From NCBI GenBank assembly GCA_963666515.2, contig OY762897.2, positions 384,001 to 448,000 of the forward strand: a DNA stretch of 64,000 nucleotides, given 5' to 3'. Both the position numbers and the translations under genes were made by a program. Of the stretch, positions 8,944-19,500 are shown in pieces; positions within the stretch are counted from its first letter, which is position 1; every line of letters begins with the position of its first letter. This DNA is from Candidatus Binatia bacterium. GTDB lineage: Bacteria; Desulfobacterota; Binatia; UBA9968; JAJDTQ01. The notes below the pieces were generated by a model, which was given only the letters and a program-made list of their open reading frames with translations, had not been told where the DNA came from and did not search any database.

Positions 8944-9961
8944 AGCCGGTCAGGACCTGGAGATACTCCTTGATCTTCGGCGGCATGTTGTTGATGGAGT
9001 GCAACGCATCCGCGATGTCCTTGGGCGATACGTAGTCGATGTTGAGCTTGGCCTTCTTCGCTTCGGCCAGGAAATCCGCATCCTCCATCACCGCCTTGTA
9101 GGCCTTCCGCAGGATGGCGACGCGGTCCTTGGGCGTGCCCGGCGGCAGCGTGTAGACCCGCGTGATCTTGTTCTGCCCGTTCCAGGCGTTGAAGGCCGCG
9201 AGGTTCTCGCCCTTGAGGACGTCCGAGAAGAGTGGGATGTCCTTCACCTCGGGGTCGGGGTGCCGCTTGGTGATGATGAAGGGGATGAGCCGCTTGTCCG
9301 GAGGGGCGTCGAGCATGCCTCGGGCCGTGACCCTCATGGACTCCCAGGTCCAGCAGGCGCCGTCGATCTCGCCCGACTCCATGGCCAGCCGTATCGTCGC
9401 CGTGCCGCCGTAACCCGGGATGCTCTTGAACCTGGTCCCCAGTTCCTTGTTGAGGAACAGGAACGGATCGGTGGTGTTGCCGGGTGCGCGGGTGCCGCCC
9501 ATGGTCACCACCTTGCCCGACTTGATGACGTCGTCCAGCGACTTGAGCCCGGAGGCCGCCATGAGGCCGCAGGCCACCGAGTCCGACGTTGGGGTGCCGA
9601 TGTACTCGAACTCCGCCGGCTCGATCCGCACCTTCTTGTCGCCCATGGCCTTGGCGAAGATCAGCGCCGGGCTCCATACCCCCAGGGTCTTGCCGTCCGC
9701 CTTGGCCCGCTTGTAGATGTGGTTGGCCGTGATCAGGCTCCCCGCCCCGGGCATGTTCTGAACCACCGGAGTCGGTTTTCCCGGAATGTACTTGCTGATG
9801 TAGCGGGCGATGTAGCGGGTGTAGGTGTCATAGCCGCCGCCCGGTGAGAATCCCACCAGCATCCGCAACGTCTTGTCCTTGTAGAAGTCTTCGGCGCCCG
9901 CCGGCGCGTAGGCCAGCGTGAGCGCCAACAGCGCCGCCAGCAGCACGATTCTGCGAAGCAT
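8927..9961 (-). CDS. Bug/TctC tripartite tricarboxylate transporter substrate-binding protein
   Basis: Signal peptide, then VGFSPGGGYD...QNMPGAG...GYGG...ESGEIDG; AGGAGG RBS before ATG 9961. Confidence 0.9.
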   Translation of the reverse strand: MLRRIVLLAALLALTLAYAPAGAEDFYKDKTLRMLVGFSPGGGYDTYTRYIARYISKYIPGKPTPVVQNMPGAGSLITANHIYKRAKADGKTLGVWSPALIFAKAMGDKKVRIEPAEFEYIGTPTSDSVACGLMAASGLKSLDDVIKSGKVVTMGGTRAPGNTTDPFLFLNKELGTRFKSIPGYGGTATIRLAMESGEIDGACWTWESMRVTARGMLDAPPDKRLIPFIITKRHPDPEVKDIPLFSDVLKGENLAAFNAWNGQNKITRVYTLPPGTPKDRVAILRKAYKAVMEDADFLAEAKKAKLNIDYVSPKDIADALHSINNMPPKIKEYLQVLTGFKKAK

Positions 9962-10006
9962 AGTGCTACCTCCTTGTCCGTTTTCGGGTTTGCACCCGAT
10001 TCGACC

Positions 10007-10056
10007 GGCTACGCGTAGCAACAAGGGCCTTGGCTACGCGTAGCAACAAGGACCTT
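10007..10056. repeat. Two tandem 25-bp repeats, each holding the 12-bp palindrome GCTACGCGTAGC
   Basis: GGCTACGCGTAGCAACAAGG(G/A)CCTT at 10007-10031 and 10032-10056; one mismatch. Confidence 0.85.
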
Positions 10057-10215
10057 GTAGTGTCAACAGTTCTCCCTGATCTGCGGACTTCAAGGGACAC
10101 CTTCTCGTTAGCTCCCGGCCCCTCCTTCAGGCTTAATTTCTTGTTGACCACTAATTAAACATGAAATATACACGAAACGGATATATTTTGAGTTCTGGCA
10201 AGTGAGCAACAATGG

Positions 10216-13200
10216 ATGCGCACCAACGGGTACGGACTGTCCAGCATGCAGTGGGAATACGCAACGGATCGCCGTGACCCACCGGCATCACGGGCAATGA
10301 CCGTGGCGGGCGTAGTCCTGCTCCTGCTGGCCGCGGCGCTCTTCCTCGCCTCTCCCGCCCATGCCCAGAACGCCCCGGCCAAGCCCACGGGTTTTACGGC
10401 CACGGGCGGGAGCCACCAAGTCGCCCTGGCGTGGACCGACCCCTCCGACTCCACGATTCTCAGGTGGCAGTACCGGTACAAGGAGACGGGCGCTTACGGA
10501 AGCTGGACCGACGTGCCCGGCGGCTCGGCCACGACGACCTCGTACACGGTGACCGGGCTGGCCAACAGCAAGCAATACACCTTCCAGATCCGGGCTGGCA
10601 ACAGCGGCGGCGACGGCGCCGCCTCGGACGAGAAGACGGCGACGATGGCGCCGGCGAAGCCGGGCTTTTTCGTGCTGACGCTTTTCGTCGATACCCCGGG
10701 GGTGCAGTTCGGGTGGAGCAGCACGGACCCGAACGACAGCACCATCGACAAGTGGCAATATCGCCAGAGGAAGGGGACGGGCGCTTTCGGGGAGTGGACC
10801 GAAATACCGAAGAGCGACTGGTACACCTTCAGGCTGTCGCTGGAGGCCGACCAGTATTCCTTCCAGATCCGGGTCGTCAACGAAAGCGGCAACGGCGACC
10901 CGTCGCACATCAGGTCGGCGACGTTCGCGAAAGGCATTTGCAGCCGCACCGCGGCGGTGCAGACCGCCATCATCGCCCTCTACAAGTCGCAGAAGGGCAA
11001 AGACCTGACCTGTGGCGAGGTCACGGGCAAGGAACTCTACGAGCTCAGCGGCGGACTCAACCTGGGCAGCAAAAGCCTCACCTCCCTGAAGGCGGGCGAT
11101 TTCGACGGGCTGGGGAACCTCGGCGGCGTTTCGCTCAGCAATAACTCCCTGACGACGCTGCCGGCCGACGTGTTCAAGGGGCTCGCCCGTGTCCGCTCCC
11201 TGAGTCTGGACGGCAACCAACTGACGGCCCTGCCCGCCGGCGTGTTCGACGACTTCGGCGGATTGAACATTTTGAGCCTCAACGGCAATAAGATCGCCTC
11301 CCTTCGGTCGGACGTCTTCGCATCGCAATCGAGCCTGCTGGAGGTGCATCTTTGGGACAACGAGTTGACGACCCTGCCGGCCGGCGTGTTCAGCAAGCTG
11401 TCGAAAGTGCGCCGATTGCGCCTGGAAAACAACAAGCTGTCCTCGCTGCCGGCCGGCGCGTTCAGGGGCCTGTGGCTCGAGTCGGTCCTGAACCTGAGCG
11501 GCAACAAGCTGACGACGCTGACGAAAGGCGTGTTCGACGGTCTGAAGCTGGCAGCGGCCGGGTCGGTGAGTCCGTCCGTCGCCCTGGACCTGAGCGGCAA
11601 CGATCTCACGTCGCTGCCGTCGGGCGTGTTCGACAAGCTGACGAAAATGCGCCGCCTGGAGCTGCAAAACAACGATCTCACGTCGTTGCCGTCGGGCGTG
11701 TTCGACAAGCTGCCGGATTTGTGGATGCTGAACCTCAACGGCAACGACATCGCGTCGCTGCCGGCGGATGTGTTCGACAAGAACCCCAAGCTGGGCTGGC
11801 TGGACCTGGGCGGCAACGAGCTGGCCTCGCTCACGGTCGACGCCTTCGCCGGCCTGTCGAAACTGGTCCAGTTGCGGTTGAACGACAATTCCCTGACGAA
11901 GCTGCCGCAGGCCGTGTTCGGCGACCAGTCGAGTTTGAAGATACTGTATCTGCGCGGCAACGCCCTGCTGTGCCTCCCCGACATCCCCCAGTCGGTGACG
12001 CTGCTGACCCTGAACTCGAACCTCAGCCGCGACAACATGAAGCCGTGCGCGCCGTCAGCGTCGGCGGCGCCGGCGCTGACGGGCGGCCACAAGAAGCTGG
12101 ACGTGTCGTGGCAGGCGCCGTCCCACAGCATCGGCGGGAGCGTCACCGACTACGACCTGCGCTACCGGGCCGGAACCTCGGGCGCCTGGACGAACTGGTC
12201 CCATACCGGAACCGGCCGCACCGCCACCATCACCGGCCTGACCAACGCCGTGTCCTACCAAGTGCAGGTGCGGGCGGCGAACGCCCTGGGCATCGGCGCT
12301 TGGTCCGCGGCCGGCTCTGCCAGTCCGGTAAGCGGCATCCGTATCGTGCTCTCCGAGACCGGCGTGACGGTGGCGGAGGGCGGCACGGCGACCTATACCG
12401 TGAAGCTGGGCGTGGCCCCGGACGCGGGAGTGACCGTGGCGGTGGCGCGGAGCTCCGGAGACACCAACATCACCGTGTCCGGCGGGTCGTCGCTGACCTT
12501 CACGACGGCGACCTGGGACACAGCGCAGACGGTGACGCTGGCGGCTGCCGAGGACCCCGACCTCCAGAACAGCAGCGCCACGATCACCCACACGGCCTCC
12601 AGCACCGGCGAGTACAACGGCACGACCGCGACCCTCACCGCCACCGAAGGGGACAACGACACCGCCGGACTGGTGGCGCCGGCGACCGCGGAGGTGCTGG
12701 AGGGCGGGACCAAGGACTACACGGTGAAGCTCTCGCAGCAGCCGTCCGCGGACGTGACGGTGACGGTGACGCGGGTCTCCGGCGACGGCAGTCTTTCGGT
12801 AAAGACCGGGTCGTCGCTGACCTTCAGCACGACGGACTGGAACATCCCGCAGACCGTGACCCTGCAGGCGGCGCAGGACCCCGACCATGCGCGCGGCACC
12901 GCAGTGTTCCGGCACGCGGCCAGCGGGGGCGGCTACAACGGCGTGACCGCGGACCTGACGGCGACGGAAAACGACGACGACACCCTGGGCATGGTGCTCT
13001 CGAAATCGAGCGTGAAGGTGCCGGAGGGCGGGCAGACGGCCTACACGGTGAAGCTGGGGACCCGGCCGACCGGCGGCAACGTGCAGGTGACGGTGGCGCG
13101 GAAGTCCGGCGGCGACACGGACCTGACGGTGAAGACCGGGGCGCTGCTGAGCTTCACGAACCAGAACTGGGACACGCCGCAGGACGTGATCCTGCAGGCG

Positions 13201-13692
13201 GCCCAGGACGCGGACGCCCTCCACGGAACCGCGGCGTTCGTGCACACGTCGAGCGGCGCCGACTATGGCGGCTTGAGCAAGGAGCTTACGGCCACGGAGG
13301 CGGACGACGAGGTCGGGCTGGTGCTCTCGAAGACGCGCGCGACCGTGCCGGAGGGCGGCACGGCGACCTATACGGTGAAGTTGAAGGGCCTGCCCACCGC
13401 CACGGTGACGGTGACGGTGGGGAGGAAGGCCGGCGGCGATACGCACCTGACGGCGGACACGGACTCCGGCACGGACGGAGACCAGAACACGTTGACCTTC
13501 ACGACGACGAACTGGAGCACGGCGCAGACGGTGACGCTGTCGGCGGCGGACGATCCGGACAACGTCAACGGGGAGGCGGTGTTCACGCACGCCGCGGCCG
13601 GAGGCCAGTACACCCGTCAGTTGCAAAAATCCCTCTTGAAGAGCCCGCTCAGGCCGTCCTACAAAGGCTCTCCGGTGTCATACGGCAAATAG
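10216..13692 (+). CDS. 5' fragment of a giant surface protein (signal peptide, FN3 domains, ~13 LRRs, Calx-beta/Ig-like repeats), interrupted at 13612 by IS1380
   Basis: Signal peptide ending PAHA-Q; FN3 motifs (TVTGLAN..YTFQIRA); 24-aa LRRs (LxLxxNxLTxLPxGVFxxL); VxEGGTATYTVKL repeats. The last ~26 codons are read-through into the IS. Start may be 10246 or 10297. Confidence 0.85.
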   Translation: MRTNGYGLSSMQWEYATDRRDPPASRAMTVAGVVLLLLAAALFLASPAHAQNAPAKPTGFTATGGSHQVALAWTDPSDSTILRWQYRYKETGAYGSWTDVPGGSATTTSYTVTGLANSKQYTFQIRAGNSGGDGAASDEKTATMAPAKPGFFVLTLFVDTPGVQFGWSSTDPNDSTIDKWQYRQRKGTGAFGEWTEIPKSDWYTFRLSLEADQYSFQIRVVNESGNGDPSHIRSATFAKGICSRTAAVQTAIIALYKSQKGKDLTCGEVTGKELYELSGGLNLGSKSLTSLKAGDFDGLGNLGGVSLSNNSLTTLPADVFKGLARVRSLSLDGNQLTALPAGVFDDFGGLNILSLNGNKIASLRSDVFASQSSLLEVHLWDNELTTLPAGVFSKLSKVRRLRLENNKLSSLPAGAFRGLWLESVLNLSGNKLTTLTKGVFDGLKLAAAGSVSPSVALDLSGNDLTSLPSGVFDKLTKMRRLELQNNDLTSLPSGVFDKLPDLWMLNLNGNDIASLPADVFDKNPKLGWLDLGGNELASLTVDAFAGLSKLVQLRLNDNSLTKLPQAVFGDQSSLKILYLRGNALLCLPDIPQSVTLLTLNSNLSRDNMKPCAPSASAAPALTGGHKKLDVSWQAPSHSIGGSVTDYDLRYRAGTSGAWTNWSHTGTGRTATITGLTNAVSYQVQVRAANALGIGAWSAAGSASPVSGIRIVLSETGVTVAEGGTATYTVKLGVAPDAGVTVAVARSSGDTNITVSGGSSLTFTTATWDTAQTVTLAAAEDPDLQNSSATITHTASSTGEYNGTTATLTATEGDNDTAGLVAPATAEVLEGGTKDYTVKLSQQPSADVTVTVTRVSGDGSLSVKTGSSLTFSTTDWNIPQTVTLQAAQDPDHARGTAVFRHAASGGGYNGVTADLTATENDDDTLGMVLSKSSVKVPEGGQTAYTVKLGTRPTGGNVQVTVARKSGGDTDLTVKTGALLSFTNQNWDTPQDVILQAAQDADALHGTAAFVHTSSGADYGGLSKELTATEADDEVGLVLSKTRATVPEGGTATYTVKLKGLPTATVTVTVGRKAGGDTHLTADTDSGTDGDQNTLTFTTTNWSTAQTVTLSAADDPDNVNGEAVFTHAAAGGQYTRQLQKSLLKSPLRPSYKGSPVSYGK

Positions 13693-13864
13693 CTCAGGCT
13701 CACCATCTGTGAAGCTAAGCCACAGCCGCCCGTGAGATAAAATCGAGGGGGGTTGTTGCGACATTTTTTCGAACAAAACGAGGTGAGCTAAAGGATGTGG
13801 TCTCCGAAACTGATATAATCATCGTTGGTATCATCCCAATACCCGATGAAACGGAGACCACGAA

Positions 13865-14403
13865 ATGAAACTTAGCAGAACCGCGGTTCGAGGTAAAGCC
13901 ACGCTGGGCATGGAGGTTCGATTCGAGCCGCAGAAACTGACATCGTATTCGGGGCTCATCCTCTTTCAGCACTTCTTTTCCCACCTGGGTCTCAAGGAGC
14001 GGCTGGGGCGGTGCTTCCGCCACCTGAAAGCCAACCCCATCTACGGTCACCACGTCGTGTTGCTCCTGCTGGTGGTGCATCTCATCATCGGACACCGACG
14101 GTTGCAAGACTTGGCGTACTACCGGGATGATGAACTGGTCCGGCGGTTGCTTGGGCTGAAACGCTTGCCGGACGTGTCTACCGTGAGCCGCTCGCTGAAG
14201 AGTGCCGACGCGTGCAGCGTCGACAACGTCCGCGCCGAGTCGAGAACGGTGGTCATCGAGCGCCTGGTGGCCGAAGGGTTCGCGACTATCACCCTGGACT
14301 TCGACGGCTCGGTCTTGAGCACCGGGCGTCGCGCCGAGGGCACGGCGGTGGGGTTCAACAAGAAGAAGAAAGGCGCCCGCAGCTACTATCCCCTGTTTTG
14401 CAC
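13865..14403 (+). pseudogene. IS1380-family transposase, 5' part
   Basis: LTSYSGL...LPDVSTVSR...TITLDFDGSV...GFNKKKKGARSYYPLFC; joins in frame to 15676-16513 (458 aa total). Confidence 0.9.
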
Positions 14404-15666
14404 CACTGCTGTCCCACAAACTTTAGGTACCCGGGAGGGGGAGTTGGGGTGGCGGGGGAGCCGGGGGCGGCGGGTAGAGGAGGGAAAGGAGCGGGCGGCG
14501 GTCGAAGAGGTTGAGTTGGAGGAGGCGGAGGATGTGGTAGAGGGAGAGGGAGATACGATTGAGGAACTTGATGTAAGCGATGAGGAGATAGACACAGAGG
14601 GCGATCCAGAGCTGAGTGAGGACGGCGTTGCGGGAGGTTCCGAGGAAGCTTTTGACTTTGAGGTGCTGCTTGATCCACTTGAAGAAGAGTTCGACTTGCC
14701 AGCGGTCTTTGTAGATGTCGGCGATGGTTTTGGGGGCCAGGGAGAAGTGGTTGGTGAGGAAGTCGTAGAACTGGCCGGTGGCGGCGTCGTAGTAGCCGAC
14801 GCGGCGGAGGGGGCGGGGATACTTGGAATGGCTGGAAGTGAGTTCGATGGTTTGATCGCAGATCACGCCCTGTTCGGGGTGGACGGGCCGGCTTTCACAG
14901 ACGCGGTAGCAGGCGCCTCTTTTGAGGCGGGTAACCAGGAAAATCCCTTGTGAATACAGGTGGTTGAGCCAACTGAAGTCCACGTAGCCCCGGTCCGCCA
15001 CCAGGATGCTGCCCTGGGGCAAGGTCAGCGCCCGCGCTCCATGGATGTCGGAAGTCTTGCCGTCGGTGATGTTGACGAAGGTCGGCAAATAACCGTCGTG
15101 GTCCAATCCCATGTGCACCTTCACCGCTCCCTTGGTGGTACGGAACTTTGCCCACGGAAACAGCGACAGACACAAGTCGATGGTGCTCGCATCCAGTGAG
15201 TACAGCTTGTTCTTGAAGCGAAACTTGTGTCCCGGCGCCTGACTCCGACAGCGGCCCAGCAACTTGCCGAACACCGCCTCGTATAACGTATACGGCTGCT
15301 TTTCGTTCACCCGCGCCAACGACGATCGGCTCACCCGCTTCACCCCAAGGTGATACTGCTTGTCCGCTTGCACGTCCAGGTTCCCCACGATGTCCCGCAG
15401 ACTGCTCCGCCCCGCCAATTGCCCTAGAACCATCGCCACAAACTGCCCCCACCGCGTCATCTTCCGCAGCCGCCGCCCCTCGTGGTGCTCCCGCGCCTCC
15501 CTCTCAAATTCATGTCTCGGCACCAGCTTGAGTATTTGCCCCAGTACGGTATGATTGTATGCCATGGACCTGAACCTCCCTGTTGATGGGGTTTTCGCTT
15601 GTTCCATCATAACACAGGCGAGCTCTTCAGGTCCTCCCTCATTCGTATTTTTGTGGGACAGCAGTG
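14404..15666 (-). mobile_element. IS4-family insertion sequence (1,263 bp) nested in the IS1380 transposase
   Basis: Perfect 17-bp IRs CACTGCTGTCCCACAAA; 9-bp target duplication GTTTTGCAC (14395-14403, 15667-15675). Confidence 0.95.
14423..15565 (-). CDS. IS4-family DDE transposase (DUF4372-like N-terminus), intact, 380 aa
   Basis: LDASTIDL, DRGY, and YKDRWQVELFFKWIKQ (YREK motif); GGGAGG RBS before ATG 15565. Confidence 0.93.
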   Translation of the reverse strand: MAYNHTVLGQILKLVPRHEFEREAREHHEGRRLRKMTRWGQFVAMVLGQLAGRSSLRDIVGNLDVQADKQYHLGVKRVSRSSLARVNEKQPYTLYEAVFGKLLGRCRSQAPGHKFRFKNKLYSLDASTIDLCLSLFPWAKFRTTKGAVKVHMGLDHDGYLPTFVNITDGKTSDIHGARALTLPQGSILVADRGYVDFSWLNHLYSQGIFLVTRLKRGACYRVCESRPVHPEQGVICDQTIELTSSHSKYPRPLRRVGYYDAATGQFYDFLTNHFSLAPKTIADIYKDRWQVELFFKWIKQHLKVKSFLGTSRNAVLTQLWIALCVYLLIAYIKFLNRISLSLYHILRLLQLNLFDRRPLLSLLYPPPPAPPPPQLPLPGT

Positions 15667-15675
15667 GTTTTGCAC

Positions 15676-16513
15676 CGTCGCCCAGACCGACCAGGTGCTC
15701 GACGTCCACCATCGGCCGGGAAACGTCCACGACTCCAAGGGCGCCGGCGCCTTCATCGAGCGCTGTGTGTGCACCGTGCGCGCGAGCCTGCCCCGGACCA
15801 GGATCGAGGTGCGCATGGACAGCGCCTTCTTCAGCCGAGACATCATCGATCGACTTCACTCCCTGGGTGTCACCTTCACCGTCTCGGTGCCCTTCGAGCG
15901 CTTGGCCGAACTGAAGGGGATGATCGAAGGCAGACAACGATGGCGGCCCATGGCCAATGGACTCGGCTACTTCGAGACCCGCTGGAAACCCAAGTCCTGG
16001 AACACCCGCTATCGCTTCATCTTCATCAGAAAACCCGTCCGATACCAGGACAAGGAGGAAATCCAACTCGACCTCTTCAAGCCGGTCTCCCATGGGTACG
16101 AGTTCAAGGTCATCGTCACCAACAAGAGAATCCGCACACGCAACGTGGCGCTCTTCCACGAAGGACGGGGATCCCAAGAGGGCATCTTCGCCGAGTTGAA
16201 GTCCCACTGCCAAATGGGCTACGTGCCCGTCAAAACACGCGTCGGGAACCAGTTGTACATGTTCGCCAGCATCCTCGCTCACAACCTCACCCGCGAACTC
16301 CAGATGCGAATCCACCCGCGTGAGCGTTCGACCACAACCAAGCGCCCCGCCCTGTGGTGCTTCCGCGAAATCGGAACCCTGCGCCGTACCCTCATTCAAC
16401 GTGCCGGACGCATCATTCGCCCCGCCGGCAAGCTCATCCTGTCGATGAATACCAATCCGAATCTCGAAGCTGAATTCCGTCTTGCTCTCGCTGCCCTCAC
16501 CCCCGGCCCGTAA
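15676..16513 (+). pseudogene. IS1380-family transposase, 3' part
   Basis: RPGNVHDS...VRMDSAFF...HEGRGSQEGIFAELK...ILAHNL...TLRRTLI. Confidence 0.9.
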
Positions 16514-16557
16514 GTCACAAATTTAGCTGTGGTTTTGCAACAATCGGGTACACCGGA

Positions 16558-19500
16558 GTGAGCGCGGAGCTGACCGCGGTCGAGGCGGAGAACGAGCGCG
16601 GGATGACGCTCTCGAAGAAAAGCGTGACGGTGCCGGAGGGCGGGGCGGTAACCTACACGGTGAAGCTGAACGCCGCGCCGAGCGGCGACGTGACGGTGAC
16701 GGCGGCGGTGACCGGCGACGACGACATCGTCGTACAACTGGGGTCGTCGCTGAAATTCACGACGACGAGTTGGAGCACCCCGAAGACGGTGAGGCTGGCG
16801 GCGACGGCCGACGGCGACGGCCTGGACGGCACGGCGACGATCACGCACACCGCCACCGGCGGCTCCTACAACAACCTGACGGCGACGCTGACGGCCGCGG
16901 AGGCGGACGATGACCGCAAGCTTATAGGGGTGGCCAACAGCCTGTTCTTGAGCGAGGGAAGCAGCGACAGCTTCAAGATGGGCTTGAACACCGTGCCGTC
17001 CGGGACGGTTACGATAACGGTGAACAAGAAAACCGGCGGCGACCCGTCCCTGGCGGTGGACACGGACCCGGACGCGGCGGGCAACCAGAACACGTTCACC
17101 TTGACCAAGGCATACAATGCGAACGACCCGACGGCGCACCACACGATCAAGGTGTCCGCGGGCGATGATGCTGACGCCTACAACGCCGCCGAAAGCGATT
17201 CGTTCACCTTCACGGCCAGCGGCGGCGGCTACGACGACGCGAGCAAGTCGTTCGACGTCAACGTGACCGACGACGATGCCATCGGGCTGGCGCCGTTCCG
17301 GGGCCTGACGGGCCGGAAGGCGAGCTGGGCCATAGGGGCCGGCGACGTGGCCTGGGTGCGGGAGGGCGGGACGGTCACCGTCCCGGTGCGGCTGGCCTCG
17401 CGGCCGAACGGCGACGTGACGGTGACGGCGACAAGGCCGAACAACCCCAACAACTTCCCGTTTCTCGCCCCGGAGCACGCGGACCTGACCGTTGACCTGG
17501 ACGCCGGCACGCCGGGCGTCCAGGACACGATGACCTTCACCTTCCTGAACTGGAACGTCCCGCAGAACATCACTCTGGCGGCGAAGGAAGAGGCGCCGCA
17601 GAACGCGAACGATCCCGCCGACGACACCACGGACAGCCGGGGGTCGATCCTCCTGGCGGTCGCCAGCACCGCCGATTCCAAGTACACCGCGAGTCAACAG
17701 ATAAACCTCCAGGAGGCGGACAACGACGTCACCGGCCGGGCGTTGACGCTGTCCGCGTCGAGCCTGTCGGTGATCGAGGGCTTGACGACGACCTATACGG
17801 TGGCTCTGGCCAGCAAGCCGGACAACGACGTGGTGGTGACGGTGGCGCGGACCTCCGGCGACACGGACCTGAGCGTGTCGGGAACGTCATCGTTCACCTT
17901 CACGACGACGAACTGGAACACGGGGCAAACGGTGACGCTGGCGGCGGCGCAGGATGACGACGATTTCACCAACGGCAGCGCCGTGTTCACGCACACGGCC
18001 ACCGACGGCGGCTTCACCGGCGTGACCGCCGAGTTGACGGCTACGGAGTTGGACAACGACGTCGTCGCCGGCCGGGCTCTGACGCTGTCGGCGTCGGGCC
18101 TGACGGTGCCCGAGGGCGGGACGGCGGCCTACAACGTGGCGCTGGCGGTAGCGCCGGTTGGAACGGTGACGGTGGCGGTGACGAAGAAGGAGGACGGCGA
18201 CCCCGACCTGACGGCGAGCCCGGACATGCTGACCTTCACGACGCAGAACTGGAGCACCGCGCAAAGGGTGACGCTGAGAGCGGCGGAGGACGGCGACCGG
18301 CAGGCGGGCGGGGCGGTTTTCGTCCATACCGCGACCGGCGGCGGCTACGGCTACGGCGGCGGGGACGCGACGGTGGCCGAACTGGCGGCGACCGAGAGGG
18401 AAAACGACATCCTCGTCGTCGGCCGCGTGCTGTCGCTGGTGACGGTGGGCGTGACGGTGCCGCCGTCGGGCGTGACGGTGCCGGAGGGCGGGACGTCGAC
18501 CTACACGGTTGCGCTGTCGGAGGCGCCGTACGGCCCGGTGACGGTGGCGGTGGCGAAGAAGGAGGGCGGCGACCCGGACCTGACGGTGGACACGGACCCG
18601 AACACGGAGGGCGTCCAGGGCACGCTGACCTTCACGACGACGGATTGGAGCATGCCCCAGACGGTGACGCTGAGGGCGGCGGAGGACGGCGACCGGGAGG
18701 AGGGTAAGGCGGTTTTCGTCCATACTGCGACCGGCGGCGGCTACGGCGAAGGCACGGGTGCGACGGTGGCGGAGTTGACGGCGACGGAGGAGGAAAACGA
18801 CCTTCTCGTCGTCGGCCGCGCGCTCGTGCTGTCGGCGTCGGGCGTGACGGTGCCGGAGGGCGGGACGTCGACCTACACGGTTGCGCTGTCGGAGGCGCCG
18901 TACGGCCCGGTGACGGTGGCGGTGGCGAAGAAGGAGGGCGGCGACCCGGACCTGACGGTGGACACGGACCCGAACACGGAGGGCGTCCAGGGCACGCTGA
19001 CCTTCACGACGACGGACTGGAACGAGCCGCAGGCGGTGACGCTGAGGGCGGCGGAGGATGGCGACCGGGAGGAGGGTAAGGCGGTTTTCGTCCATACTGC
19101 GACCGGCGGCGGCTACGGCGCGGGCGTGGACACGACGGTGGCGGAGTTGACGGCGACCGAAGAAGAAAACGACCTTCTCGTCGTCGGCCGCGCGCTCGTG
19201 CTGTCGGCGTCGGGCGTGACGGTGCCGGAGGGCGGGACATCGACCTACGCGGTTGCGCTGTCGGTTGCGCCGTACGGCCCGGTGACGGTGGCGGTGATGA
19301 AGAAGGAGGGCGGCGACCCGGACCTGACGGTGGACACGGACCCGAACACGGAGGGCGTCCAGGGCACGCTGACCTTCACGACGACGGACTGGAACGAGCC
19401 GCAGGCGGTGACGCTGAGGGCGGCGGAGGATGGCGACCGGGAGGAGGGTAAGGCGGTCTTCGTCCATACGGCGACCGGCGGCGGCTACGGCGCGGGCGTG

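Larger units (their letters stand above)
13613..16548 (+). mobile_element. IS1380-family insertion sequence (1,664 bp after removing the nested IS4 and its duplication)
   Basis: Imperfect terminal IRs CCCGTCAGTTGCAAAA / TTTTGCAACAATCGGG; 4-bp target duplication TACA (13609-13612, 16549-16552). Confidence 0.9.

Noticed and set aside
14395-14403. IS4 target GTTTTGCAC resembles the IS1380 right IR (GTTTTGCAAC)
   Set aside because: A short match at one site; cannot be separated from chance.
13865-14953. Transposase with a long acidic tail
   Set aside because: The tail is antisense read-through into the nested IS4.
14423-16399. 658-aa fused transposase
   Set aside because: The upstream part is antisense of the IS1380 transposase and lies outside the IS4 IR; the real start is 15565.
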